From the NCBI RefSeq assembly GCF_006345805.1, contig NC_043007.1, positions 53,010,001 to 53,074,000 of the forward strand: 64,000 nt of DNA, written 5' to 3'. This document shows positions 12,760 through 25,030 of the stretch, in pieces (within the stretch, counting starts at the first letter, position 1; each line of letters begins with the position of its first letter). The DNA is from Octopus sinensis. Taxonomy: Eukaryota. The translations under genes and the position numbers were made by a program. A model generated the notes under the pieces. That model was not told the origin of the DNA, did no database searches, and worked only from the letters and a program-made list of their open reading frames with translations.

Positions 12760-14290
12760 GAGAACTGCTTAAACAAACTGAAACAGAAGGCTACAAATAC
12801 CTGGGCATATTAGAGTTAAATGAGATAATGGAGAAGGAAATGAAATAGCAACTGAGGATAGAATATTTCTGAAGACTAAGATTGGTATTGCACTCAAAAC
12901 TGATGCTGATGCTGCCGACGCCGACGACACTAATGCTGCCACCACCAACGACGACAACACTGCCACCACCGACCACACTCAAAAGGTGTTTTTACATGCT
13001 ACTTGTATGGGAGCCAGTCTGGTGGCACTGGCAACGACCACGCTCAAATGTTGCTTTTCACGTGCCACCAGCACATGTGCCGGTAAAGCGATGCTGGTAG
13101 TGATCACATTTGAATGGTACTTTTCATGTGTCACCGGCACAGGAGCCAATTCGTGGCCAGATGGAATAAGATCCAAGCAATTAATATATGGGTGATAGCA
13201 TCAATCAGTATGGAGCTGGAATCATAAAATGACAAAAGAAAGAACTGGTGAACATGGATACAAAGACAAAAAAATTGTTGACAGTGCATGGAGCCTTCCA
13301 TCCTAAGAGTGACACTGATAAGCTGTACTTTCCAGAAGAAAGGGTGGGAGAGGTTTGATCAGTTACCAGGATTATATCAAAGCAGAGGAAAACAGCTTAA
13401 GGAGGTATGTAAAAAAATACTGCGGAACCATTGTTAAAACATGTGAAGGCCAGGGTCATTAAAACTGATAATTGCGTAAAGAAAGAAAAACTCAAAAGAG
13501 GAAAAGAACACAAAAGAAACAGCATGGAAGGAGGGAAAAAATGTATGGTCAGTTTGCAAGAGATACAAATGCCAAAACAGATACAAAAGATCAGTGGCTA
13601 TGGATGAGAAGTGACCTGAAGACAGAGACAGAAGCACTTATATGCGCAGCTCAAGAACAAGCGTTAAGGACTAACTAGGTGAAGTGCAGAATTGACAACA
13701 CTACCATCAGCAACAAATGCAGAATGTGTGATGAGAGGGGCGTGAATACAAAAGACAACATAACAATGTAGCAAGAATGATCCATTGGGAGCTCTGTGGA
13801 AATTACAGCCTTTAAAGAGTGAAGATATGGTCTGAGCAAACCCCAGGAGTCACCAAGAATAAAAATTACAAAAGCCTGCAGGATGCAATGATTCAGTGTG
13901 ATTACCTAACCAGACATCAGAAAATGGATATGGTTGTGGTGAAAAAAAAAAAAGAACATGCATGATAATCAACATAGCATGTCCTCGTGACAACAGGATC
14001 AAAGAAAAATGAACAATAATGACAATTTGAAGTGGGAAATTTGAAGGTTGTGGTCAATGAGAAGAGTAGACATGGTACCAATAGTAATTGGTGCACACAA
14101 CTACCAACATGGCTTTAAAAGATTGATACAAATGTAAAAGAAAAATACCTACAAAAATCAGCACTGCTTAGAACTGCAAGGATTCTTCACAGGGTCCCTG
14201 AAGCATGACCAGTAAACAAGTATCACCTTAGTCTGCTGGCTGTAGACAGCTGACACTTTCCATCATAGCCAGCAAAATAAGCTGCATGTT
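12760..14290 (+). mobile_element. R4/Dong-type element 3' half (RT thumb to RLE), degenerate, with an RTE-UTR-like insert at about 12900-13185
   Basis: GYKYLGILE; HGAFHPKSDTDKLY...KGGRGL; MYGQFAR...DLKTETEALICAAQEQALRTN; KCRMC; LQKSALLRTARILHRV. Multiple stops. Confidence 0.85.
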
Positions 14291-14309
14291 TTCATAAAAT
14301 AATTATAAG

Positions 14310-15136
14310 CCTTTCTACTATAGGCACAAGGCCAGAAATTTTGGGGAGCAGGGTAGTCAATTACATCAACTCAAGTACTCAACTGGTACTTATTTTATTG
14401 ACCCCAAAATATGAAAGGCAAATTTGATCTCAGAATGTAAGGACAAATGCTAAGCATTTTGCCTGGCATACTAACAATTCTGCCAGCTTGCCATCTTAAT
14501 AATAACAATAATAATAATCCTTTCTACTATAGGCACAAGGCATGAAATTTGGGGGATGGAGATTGTCAATTACATCGACCCCAGTACTCATCTGGTACTT
14601 ATTTTAATCAACCCCAAAAGAATTAAAGCAAGTCAACCTCGATGGAATTTGAACTCAGAACATAAAGATGGACAAAATGCTGCTAAGCATTTTGCCCGAC
14701 ATGTTAATGATTCTGCCAGTTTGCCATCTTAATAATAATCCTTTCTAATGAAGGCACAAAGCCTGAAATTTGGGGTAAGTGGACTAGTCGATTACATCAA
14801 CCCCCAGTGTATCACTGGTACTTAATTTATTGACCTCCAAAAGGATGAAAGACAAAGTTGACCTCAGAACATAGCAACAGAGGAAATACTGCTATGAATT
14901 TCATCTAGCGTGCAAATGATCCTGCCAACTTGCTGCCTTAATAATAATGGTTTCAAATTTTTTCACAAGGGCAGCAGTTTTTGGGGAGGAGATAAGTCGA
15001 TTACATCAACCCCAGTGGTTCATCTGGTACTTACTTTATCAACCCCAAAAGGATTTGAACACAGAACATAGTGGCAGACAAAATATTGCTAAGCATTTCG
15101 TCCGGTGTGCAAATGATTCTGCCAGCTTGCCGCCTT
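14310..15136 (-). mobile_element. Head-to-tail array of four tRNA-derived SINE copies separated by (AAT)n
   Basis: Copies at about 14310-14497, 14519-14730, 14740-14939 and 14949-15136. They share ggcacaaggc..gaaatt, attacatc.acccc.gt, ctggtactta and ctgccagct.gcc. Confidence 0.88.
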
Positions 15137-17996
15137 AATAATGATGATGATGATGATGATGATATTTTCTAGAACAATACTATGTACAAAACAAAATATA
15201 TGACACCCTAAGCATAACACCAACATGAACTTCTAACTTGTCTCTTGAGGTCTCTGGGTGAGACTTGGAGACAACTTGTACAAATACAAAGCTAAAGTCA
15301 AACATATAATAATAATAATCCTTTCTTCATAACAGACTCAGTTGATAACTGGATCCGTCCTACAGCAGATGTTCAATGTAAACTCACAAGTCAGCAATGC
15401 TTGGGCACTGGACAAGAGCATCCAGAACAGTTTCATCGCTCTACATGCACCTCGGGCAAGCCCAGCTGATAGCATTTCCATTTATTCCAAACTGCTAATG
15501 CCTCCCTGCAGCACTGCCAGGCCGGGGATTTCTGGAAGTTATCCATGGGCCCTGGCCCGAAAGTCCTCTGGAACAAACCAGTTAGCTCATTTTCATCAAC
15601 ACCCAGAGAATCCTCAAGAATGATGTCACATTTGGCCACTACTAACCCTTTATAGCACACGAGTAGAACTTCCACCAGCAGCACTCTAGATGCCAGGCAC
15701 TTTGTCTCAGTCTACATTTGATCCAGGACTGCAGCTCAAAGTGATGGGCCATGAAAAATTGTGTTTGATAAATAGCGACCTCAGCTGCTCACCATCTAGG
15801 ATGAACTAGAGATGTTGCAGCCTCAGTGCATGTCTGCACACCAGCAGCCACAGCATGCCCAGCCCTCTATTCAGCAAGTGTTGACAGCAAATGAAGTGCC
15901 TGACCAGTGGAATGTGCCGTTTCTACAGAAGGTAGAAGTGTACATGTTTCAGTTTTGTCAGACATAAACTGAGGCAAGGCACAATGGTCAAACAATAATA
16001 TATGACAGATGATGTATGCATTCGCCACCTCTGCCTGACCTTTCAGGGATAGCTTTCATTTGGCCCATTTCTGGTGAAATTGGTCACTTTGCTCATTACC
16101 TCATCCTAATTCTTCTTGGTTTATTTTTGCTCCTGTCACTGCCTCGTATTCTTTTAGAACAGTGCTGACCAAGTCTATGTGCCTGCTGTTCAACACTGAT
16201 GGTGATGTTATCTGTATATGCCAACATGGTTCTCCCAGGTCCCAGTTCATGCCGGATGCCTCTCAACACCTCTAATTTCCACAGTAATAGCTCAAGAGCC
16301 AGTACATACAGAAGAAACAAGAGGGGACACCCATGACAAACTGAACACATGATGTTGAATGGCTCCAATAGGTAACCATTCATCCTAACTACTGAGCAAA
16401 TATCACTGTACATTGCAGCAATCCAGCCATGGAAAATAGGAAACCAGCCGCTGTGAGAACATCCACAAAGTATTGATCGACCCTATCAAAAACTTTAGAC
16501 TAATCCAAATTGATCAGGGTCCCACCCATGCCAGGTTCCTTACTCACCATGTCTATGATGATTCGCATAAAGTGGAGGTTGTTGTGGATGCATCTGCTTG
16601 GGATTGTGCATGTTTGCAAATCACCAATCAGTTCCTCGATGACAAGCACTAAACTCTTTGCTAACACCTTGGCCAAAATTATGAAGTCTGCATTCAGCAG
16701 CATTATGTACCAAAAGTTTTCTATTAAATCCTCCTTGTTTGGGTTCTTTCTTAGCAGTACTAGCACTCCTTGACTCATAGAATTAAGAATTCTCCTGTTC
16801 TGCTGCCAGTTGCCATAGATATCTGCTAAAAGGTTACCAAACAAGTCTGGCTTATAAAAGTAAAACTTATAGGGCAGACTATCCAAACCAGGTGACTTGT
16901 CCACTATCCTGCTGTTATCAGTATTTCACAACACTCTGCCTTGCTTTTCAAGAGTTGTGGCATGCTGTTAAGGTAGGCACAGAAGTCCATCCTGCATTCT
17001 AGACTGCCATTCATCTCAAACAGTTGGGTGAAGTGCTGCTGAAATGCCACACATATCTGCACAGGCTCAAGTACCATATACACATTTTGGTCCACCAAAG
17101 ACCAAATTGTGGCTTTGTTGCCACACAGACCTATTGAGTGACTTTCATTCTCTTGTCTTAGGGCACACACCTTAGCTCTGACAATGTAACCTTCATGTTT
17201 AGTGTTGAAGAAATGGTCCAGAGTCAATCGTGTGGCAATGCCTTTCCTAAGCACCTCTTCTAAGTTTCTAAGTCCCCTTGTATTTTATTCCTTTTTATCT
17301 CTAATGCCTTACTAAACCTAGCTGATTCTACTCTAATTGCCCTTTTCAGGGCAAACCACCATTTAGTGCCACTGTCAATGCACACTTAACTAATTCTATA
17401 ACCCAGTCTCTCTAAGCTTGGCATGCCAAGAGTGATATGCTCAGCTTCCAGTAACAGGGTCCCTGCCTTCTAAGCCTATCAACCATACTGATCAAAGATT
17501 TGTGGCCAGTGTAGCCAACCAGTTTGAAAAGTGGACAGCTAATGCTATCTTTATCTTCTGGCCTACAGAATACCCTATCTAGATAACCTGGACAACCTGA
17601 TGCAATTCATCCACATCTACATTGGCACATTCGGGAAATCCAGTCAGTACCTGAGACAGTTGGAAATGTCTAAGCAGGTTTGTGAGGATTTTACCACCCT
17701 GTCTTGTATCTACTAGCCCCACGCAGTCCAAACATGGCTCTAATACAGCATTCCAGTTGCCCACTAACACTAAAGGTTGGGACGTTCTCAGGAAAACCTC
17801 AAGACATCTGAAGAAACCCAGCTGTACTGCTCCTATCAGCGAATAAACAAGCACCAGTCTGAAAGCATCCCCATCACTACTGCTCATATCCAGGACCTTC
17901 TGGGTCCACGAAGATAGTCCTTGTCTTGAGATTCCGGCCTCTCCAGAACAACATCACAGTTCCACCTCCCATTCCCAGTTGACATGGAGATAAGTA

Positions 17997-20895
17997 TGCA
18001 GTGGTGTAGGTAGATAAATAGTTGAATGACCTCCCTTGCAAGAAAGATCATAGAGTAACCTCCCTTTTCTAAGTTTCTCAAAGCATCTGTATCATGAGAT
18101 GTGAATTTTAATTATTCAAGAAGCTTAGTGTTTCTCTTGAAAGTCTCTAGAATGTCTAGTATCTCATTAATAAAAACAGCTTGCTAACCCGTCTTTTCAC
18201 TCCTTAGTCGATTAGACTTAGAGCCATTCACGTTGTTGCTATGTACATCTATTTCTCTATGCCACCACTTAGCTGTTACTCTACATTTTCTATCTCTGAA
18301 CTTTCTTGCATAGATTACTTCACTCAACTAGCTTCTACAATTTGATTCTATGCCTCATCATCAAAAGAAGAATAAAATATATTCTTATGTAGTAAATATA
18401 CATATCTTGAATTTATTCTTTAATTTCTCTGTGAACTCTTGTAATAACATACATGCAGCCATATCAGAACTTGTACTGGCTATATATTTCAGTACATTAA
18501 TTGATGCCTCAGATGTGATTTGAATATGCAGCCTTCTGATGTTGGTTCACCACGTTCTTAAAGCCAAAATTATCTTGTAGTTGACACCTCTGAAATTGGC
18601 ATCAGTGCAGTCATTCAACAACTCCACCATGGCAAATGGCAACATCTGGCATTTTTCTCTAAGCAGTTAAAACCAGCTGAAACTAAATATAGCACATTCA
18701 GTCATGAACTGTTAGCTATTCAACTCTCGGTTAAACACTTCCAACACATTTTGGAAGGGGAAAACTTCACAATATTTACGGACCATAAGCTGTTATCTTT
18801 CACTTTATAGTGCAAGCTGGATAAATTTTCTCTGAGGGACATTTGACATTTGGATTACATTTCACAATTCATGAGTGATATGCGATACATTCCAGGTTCT
18901 GAGAACATTGCTGCAGATTCTTTATCTTGGACGAAATGTCTCAAGATCAACCATTCTTTTCGACCTCCAATTTTTCCCAGTTGCAACATCAAACAAAGAG
19001 ATCATCATCATCATCATCATCATCGTTTAGCGTCCGTTTTCCATGCTAGCATGGGTTGGACGGTTCTACTGGGGTCTGTGAAGCCAGAAGGCTTCATCAG
19101 GCCCAGTCAAATCTGGCAGTGTTTCTACGGCTGGATGCCCTTCCTAACGCCAACCACTCCGTGAGTGTAGTGGGTGCTTTTTACGTGCCACCCGCACAGG
19201 TGCCAGACAGATCCTTTGCGATATTTCTTCTGGTAAACCTTGCCCTTTAGTTCCAAAAAAGCATCACCATATTGTTTTCTCAGCACTACACAATATTTCA
19301 CATCCTGGTATAACAGCAACATTGAAGCTTATTTCAGCTCATTTCATTTGGCCAAACATGCATCGAGACATAGCTAATTGGACCTGTGTCAATTGTCAAA
19401 GATCCAAGGTATGTAAACATATCTGTGTGCTGTTAGGTACTTTCTCCAATCCAGATGCATGATTCCAGCACATATATGTTGATACAGTAGGACCTTGGCC
19501 TGTGAGTCAGGACATGTTTTTATTAACCTGTATCGATCGTTTTTCCTGCTGGCCAGAAGTCATTCCACTCACAGATATCTCTTCTCAAACTGTGGCACAT
19601 GATGGATTTTTCGTTTCAAGACATATATTACAATGACAACAGACGTCAATTTGAAGCTAAGCTTTTCCAGGAGCTTACCAAAATTTTAGGAAGTAACCAG
19701 TTACCACCCAACTTCAAACGGTATGATCAAAAGATTTCACTGATAGCTTAAAGCTCTGTTGTGTGCTTCTGCTGATTCATCTCGATGGATTGAATTTCTT
19801 CTTATTGTTCTCTCAGGTCTCCGCTCTTCTGTCAAACAAGATAATTGGATATTCTCCTGCAGAATTACTTTATGGTTCTTCCTTTACGCTACCTGGTCAG
19901 CTGACTGTTTCTGCAAACATGCAATATACTGACACCACAAGTTTCGTTGAACACTTGCGTCATTATATGTCAAAGTTACCACATAGGAACACCAGAAAAC
20001 AGGCATTAAAACATATTTATCTAAGGACTACTCTTCCTGGAATCATGTTTTTGTCTGCAATGATGGCGTTAAACATCCTTTAACAGCACTGTATGCAGGA
20101 CCTTTCGTGTGTTTTCTGGCACAGATAAAGTTTTCACCTTAGACCTTAACAGTCATAAAGACACTATTTCAGTTGATAGACAAAAAAGGGCTCATTTAAA
20201 AAAACTATTTTCACCCCCCACTTCAGACAACACACACAGCATTACAAATGCATCCTTTACACTCAACCTCATAAACTTTGACTATCAAAAGCAGCAGACA
20301 TGTGCACTGGCCCAAGAATTTAACAAATATTTATTTTTGAACAGTGATATTGTTTCTATGCTTTGACATTTTATGATGTATACATTTTTGTTATTTCCAT
20401 TATTGTATACTGTTACCTCTGCCTGGGGGAGGTGGGTGTAGTGATGTAGATAGATAAATAGTTAAATGACCTCCCTTGCAAGAAAGATAATAGAGTAACC
20501 TCCCTTTTCTAAGTTTCTCAAAGCATCTGTACCATGAGACATGAATCTTAATTATTCAAGAAGTTTAGCGTTTCTCTTGGAAGTCTCTAGAATGTCTAGC
20601 ATTCCATTAATAAAAACAGCTTGCTAACCCATCTTTTCACTCCTTAGTTATTGCTATGTACATCTATTTCTCTACGCCACCACTTAACTGTTATTTTACA
20701 TTTTCTATCTCTGAACTTTCTTGCATAGATTACTTCATTTAACTAGTCTCTACAATTTAATTCTATGTCTCATCATATATTTTTATGTAGTAAATATATA
20801 GATTTTGAATTTATTCTTTCATTTCTCCATGTACTCTTTTAATGACATACACGTAGCCACATCAACAGCTTGTACTAACAATATATTTCACTACA
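17997..20895 (+). mobile_element. Ty3/Gypsy LTR retrotransposon, internally deleted (RNase H and integrase remnants)
   Basis: Direct LTRs at 17997-18496 and 20437-20895 (TG...CA). Polypurine tract GGGGGAGGTGGG at 20425-20436. RNase H LVVDTSEIGISAVIQQ...LAFFSKQLKPAETKYS...FTDHK. Integrase H-H-C-C region and HIYVDTVGPW...IDRFSCWPEVIPL. 4-bp TSD agta/aata (1 mismatch). Confidence 0.92.
19003..19210 (-). mobile_element. Short RTE 3'-end-derived insertion inside the Gypsy element
   Basis: (ATC)n followed by gtttagcgtccgttttccatgctagcatgggttgg, the same 3' end as the RTE at 5952. Confidence 0.85.
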
Positions 20896-22559
20896 AATAT
20901 ATCTCATATCCACCGAAAATGGGCATGAAAGCCTGTCAGCTGTAGAGTCTGATTTCACTGATGGCCACTACATAGACACTTAATGACCTGATGTTGTTGG
21001 GTAGATGGACTTGTTTCCAAGGCAACTCCATGTCACGTGCATTTATACTACCTACTCTGAGCAAGACCATGTTAGATTAACATGTAGAAGTGGAAAAAGC
21101 TACTTACATTGATTTAGTTGATGAGGAGGGGTTGCATGTTCCATCTCCATAGATATGTGTGGATGTTTCCACAAGCAGATCTTAATATATTCTTTTATTT
21201 GTGTCTCTCTGGACACCCCATTCTCCTTCACAATATTTTGTTTTAATGGTGTTTTATGTGTATTGCAATGATTCTATCATTTTCATGAGTGTTGGTGTGT
21301 TGTTTCTTGATGTAATAAGGTCAGTGCATATGATGTCTGTATAGTTGTATATGTTCCATTAGTTTTTTATTGTTTGTGTTTATTGCTGTGTAATTCAAAA
21401 TGTTTGACATTTGCTGGTGTTGAGATGTGCGATCTAAAAATTGTGAACTGAGTTGTGCTTGTGATGGTGGTGGTGGTGGTAGTGATGGGGATGATGTTCT
21501 TGACAGTACTGGGGTGGCTGCTACAGGGGGAAGTATTTAAGAATTTGTTTTTGATGGTGTCTTGCCCCTCTGGTCATACCAGCCAGTTTTTTGTGTTGAT
21601 GTCGGTGTTACTTTTTCTTTTGTTTGATCTATGAATCTTTTGCCAATTAGGGTCTTCATGTTCCCCCTCACCGCAGGACATGTCTAATTGCTCTGAACAC
21701 AGGAGGGGCAAATCATGCAGAACTTTTTGTTGTTTTTCTGTTGATGAAGTTGTTTTGAGGATTCTGATGCTGTTGCTGTTACTGCTGTAGATGTTGGCGA
21801 GTTCTCTTTATGTTTGTTGTCTTGCTCTCACCATTGTTATTCTTGTTGTTGCTGCTACTACTGTCAGTGCTACTGTTGTTTCTGCAGCTGTAGTAGTAAC
21901 CTGCTTCTGCGGGTGGTGTTGCTGTTGTGGTGATGGTGACATCAGCAAAAATGGGGAGGCTCACTTCTCTCTTTTGTTGTGGTCATTTGTGTCCTTGCAC
22001 AAGTCTATCTTGGCTTTCTGCCTTCAACAGCCACATGAAGCTTTGTGCCACTTTGTAGGCTTATGTAGTCTACGATAGCCTCAACACTTGGTTAGTCTGC
22101 TTCTATTAGTCGCTGCATCCCATCCTAACAACTTCTGCCTGTGTATTTTCTGTATTTGTAAAATTGTAATTTTTCCATGTCGAAGAGAATTGCAGCCACC
22201 AACCAGCAGGTGTTTATCTCTAGTGGGATGTTGAGTATTCTAACTTTGAATACTCTTCAACCAAGGTAGCTGGGTGTGTGAATAAGTTTGTCACTTAGAT
22301 TTTCTAGATTATCTGCCAATGTTGATATCTTCAACGATGAAGTCCAATGTTATAACTCTCCCTTACTTAAAGCAGGCTAAAAAAGAAAAAATTACTTACA
22401 CTAACCCTATTGACATTAATTCTATCTCTATTGATCAGGACATGAAAACATGTCATAACAGTAATAACAATATAAAAGTTAGTTCGAATAACAACACTAA
22501 ATCGAAAAATATAGTTTTGCAGCGTGAGGGAGATAACCATTCTTTAAGACCCATTTTAC

Positions 22560-23310
22560 ATTATGAAGGTAAATCTAGGATTTTTAAGGATAATTATCCA
22601 AATAATAAGTTATGTCCTTGTAAAACTGTTTGGTTGATAACTCCATATGGTAAGCAGATCAAATCCAACCTCCCTTACCAGTTTTGTGAAGCTATAGATA
22701 AGAATTTTCTCAAAAATTCAAGATACCATTCCATTATTAATTCACACAGAATTAGAATAGGGTTTCAAACACCAAAACCCTTTCACAAATCATCTCTTCG
22801 CATAACAATAAGTTGTTAAATACAAATCCACTTAATGAAAATAATAACATTGATATTATTAACACTAACCATTCTTTGAACAATAATAACAACAATATTA
22901 GTATTTCTGATATAAATTCGAATTGCATTTGTGTCCTTAGCAGTAATCCTAAGACTAAAAACTGTTTATCAATGTAAAATGACTTCCAGTTCAAATGTCT
23001 TTTTTTTACATAAGTAGTTCTTCATTTCAGTTGTCTAACCATTACTCTACATTTAGACATATGAATAAAAGCAACAATACTGGGCTTAGTAAATTAATTT
23101 GGTCTCTAAAGGAACATAAACAATTTGGTTTGGAATGGAATATTCTATCTAGATCCTTTCCATATAATAAAGGTAAATCTGTTTGTCTGCTCTGTACCGA
23201 ACAACAGTATCTCATTCTGTTCTCGGAGAATTCTCTTGTAAACACCTTTAAAGAATGTGTTTATTATTGCAAACATTGGCAAAAACATACCTTTAGTTCC
23301 TATAAGTAGT
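22560..23310 (+). mobile_element. Degenerate Penelope-like element, C-terminal linker and GIY-YIG region
   Basis: VWLITPYGKQIKSNL...IDKNF; GLSKLIWSLKEHKQFGLEWNILSRS; CLLCTEQQYLIL...CKH. Homologous to the PLE in the palindrome (WFNPAF, LAKYVWELKE, CRLCLLEKMHIL, CRH). Confidence 0.8.
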
Positions 23311-23635
23311 TTCTACCAACCTATAAAATTTGACTTTTTACTGTTTTCTTACATTTCATTTCCACAACATGTATCTATTTACATGACTTTAAGCTTTATT
23401 TCCACTCATCTATCGCACTATATTTCTCTACATTTAATTTTCTGTTAATTTCTTCCTTTCTCCTCCTCTTTCTCTAAATTGCCTTTGACGTTGAATCTAT
23501 TAACGGTTTTTAAAAAAATAACTTGTGTACCCTTCATCATATACACAGTAATCGCATTCGGTTAAAACGGCTGATTGATGTGTCTTGTTTCTCTTTTTCC
23601 CTGCCGAGATGATTACATTGTATTATACTATTTTA

Positions 23636-23682
23636 TTCCCTCAAGAATAATAACAATGTTTTCTTCGGAACATATGTTGGAA
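23636..23682 (+). ncRNA. Degenerate minimal hammerhead-ribozyme-like motif downstream of the PLE
   Basis: ttcc-CTCAAGA-(stem II)-GGAA-catatg-tt-ggaa. Stem I ttcc/ggaa, palindromic stem III acatatgt. Two core deviations from CUGANGA/GAAA. Confidence 0.4.
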
Positions 23683-23869
23683 GTATGAAGATTTGAATAA
23701 CACCTGCATTTAGCTCCATTTCTTAATTTTTATATGTTAAACTAAAACACTTCACTAAACCCTGGAACTTCTACCTTTATAAGTAGTCTGTAACATCCTT
23801 GGCACTTATGTGAATCTTTGCCACCCTGGTAACTATTTTTTCCGTGTTATCTGTACACATTGAAAAAAT

Positions 23870-23901
<32 letters not shown>

Positions 23902-23954
23902 CAGCAGGGATACCCGCCCTTGCTCGAGATTAAAATGGCATAGCTTTTTTATTG

Positions 23955-24212
23955 TTTTACTTCTTCCAGTCATGCGACTGGGCCATGCTGGAGCACCACC
24001 TTTAGTCAAAAAAATTGACCACAGGATTTATTCTTTGTAAGCCTAGTACTTATTCTATCAGTGTCTTTTGCCAAACTACAAAACATGCAACATCAGTTGT
24101 CAAGCAATGGGGGAGGGTCCACATACACACATATATATATATACGATAGTCTTCTTTCAGTTTCTGTGTACAAAATCCACTCACAAGGCTTTGGTCAGCC
24201 TGAGGCTATAAT
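23955..24212 (-). mobile_element. Partial tRNA-derived SINE (family of 46062-46476)
   Basis: Reverse complement of ggcggtgctccagcatggc...actg...gtaaa and of gccttgtgagtggattt. Confidence 0.7.
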
Positions 24213-24244
24213 ATATATATATATACATAGATATTAAATATATC

Positions 24245-24282
<38 letters not shown>

Positions 24283-24283
<1 letters not shown>

Positions 24284-24832
24284 GATATAGTGTATATTTA
24301 TACACATAAGGAATCCACTTAACGTGAATTCAACGCATTAGAAAGAACAGCTAGGTTCTGTAAACCACAAAAATAACGGATAAAATTCGACAGGAATAAA
24401 TTTGGAAATGAAAAACATTTACTATCAAGTACCCAGGACCAATTGGTTTCTGATCATATTTTAGCAAGTCAGGGGGAACTCACAAGGTCTGATTTTCTTC
24501 AGCAAGGTCCAACCTAGGGTTAAACATATCCAACAGGAGACGAGACAAGGCTACTTGTCTCGTGTTCATACGAACTAACTTTTCAAATTTTACTGCGCAG
24601 ACGCAGTGCATTCGCTGGCTACAATAAAAAACCGCCAAATGTTTTTCATTTCCAAATATGATCAGAAACCAATTGGTCCTGGGTACTAGATGGTAAATGT
24701 TTTTCATTTCCAAATTTATTCCTGTTGAATTTTATCCGTTATTTTTGTGGTTTACAGAACCTAGATGTTCTTTCTAATGTTTTGAATTCACGTTAAGTGG
24801 ATTCCTTATGTGTAAAAATATACACTATATCG
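24283..24832. mobile_element. MITE-like element with ~180-bp terminal inverted repeats and TA flanks (Tc1/mariner-type signature)
   Basis: 24283-24461 is the reverse complement of 24654-24832 (CGATATAGTGTATATTT...AAATATACACTATATCG). TA at 24281-24282 and 24833-24834. No ORF. Confidence 0.8.
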
Positions 24833-24987
24833 TATGACTAATATATAGTCTTCTTGACTAATTTTTTTTGCACGTTAGACCACTAGAAATGTAAATTTTG
24901 ATTGAATATATCCAACAGGAGACAAACAAGGCTACTTGTCTCGTGTTCATACAAACTAACTTTTCAATATTAAATTCCATTTCCCTT

Positions 24988-25021
<34 letters not shown>

Positions 25022-25030
25022 TCCCCTTTT

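Larger units (their letters stand above)
15325..22330 (-). mobile_element. Near-full-length but decayed Tx1/L1-clade LINE, interrupted by a Gypsy element
   Basis: ORF1 remnant at about 21960-22310 (PSYLG...VAAILFDME...HVAVEGRKPR). APE N-terminus at 20896-21070 (LRVGSINAR...VVAISE...GGYEIY) continues at 17996 (LSPCQLG) and 17579-17887 (LVLVGNWNAVL). RT at 16096-16904 (KSPGLDSLPYKFY, LLNADFIILAKVLA, GCPLLFLLYVLALE, AYTDNI). C-terminal ETVLDALVQC at about 15400. Confidence 0.85.

Noticed and set aside
23901-23950. Helitron-like 3' end on the minus strand (gagcaagggcgggtatccctgCTGG|T)
   Set aside because: No matching 5' end was found and it is too short to support as a feature.
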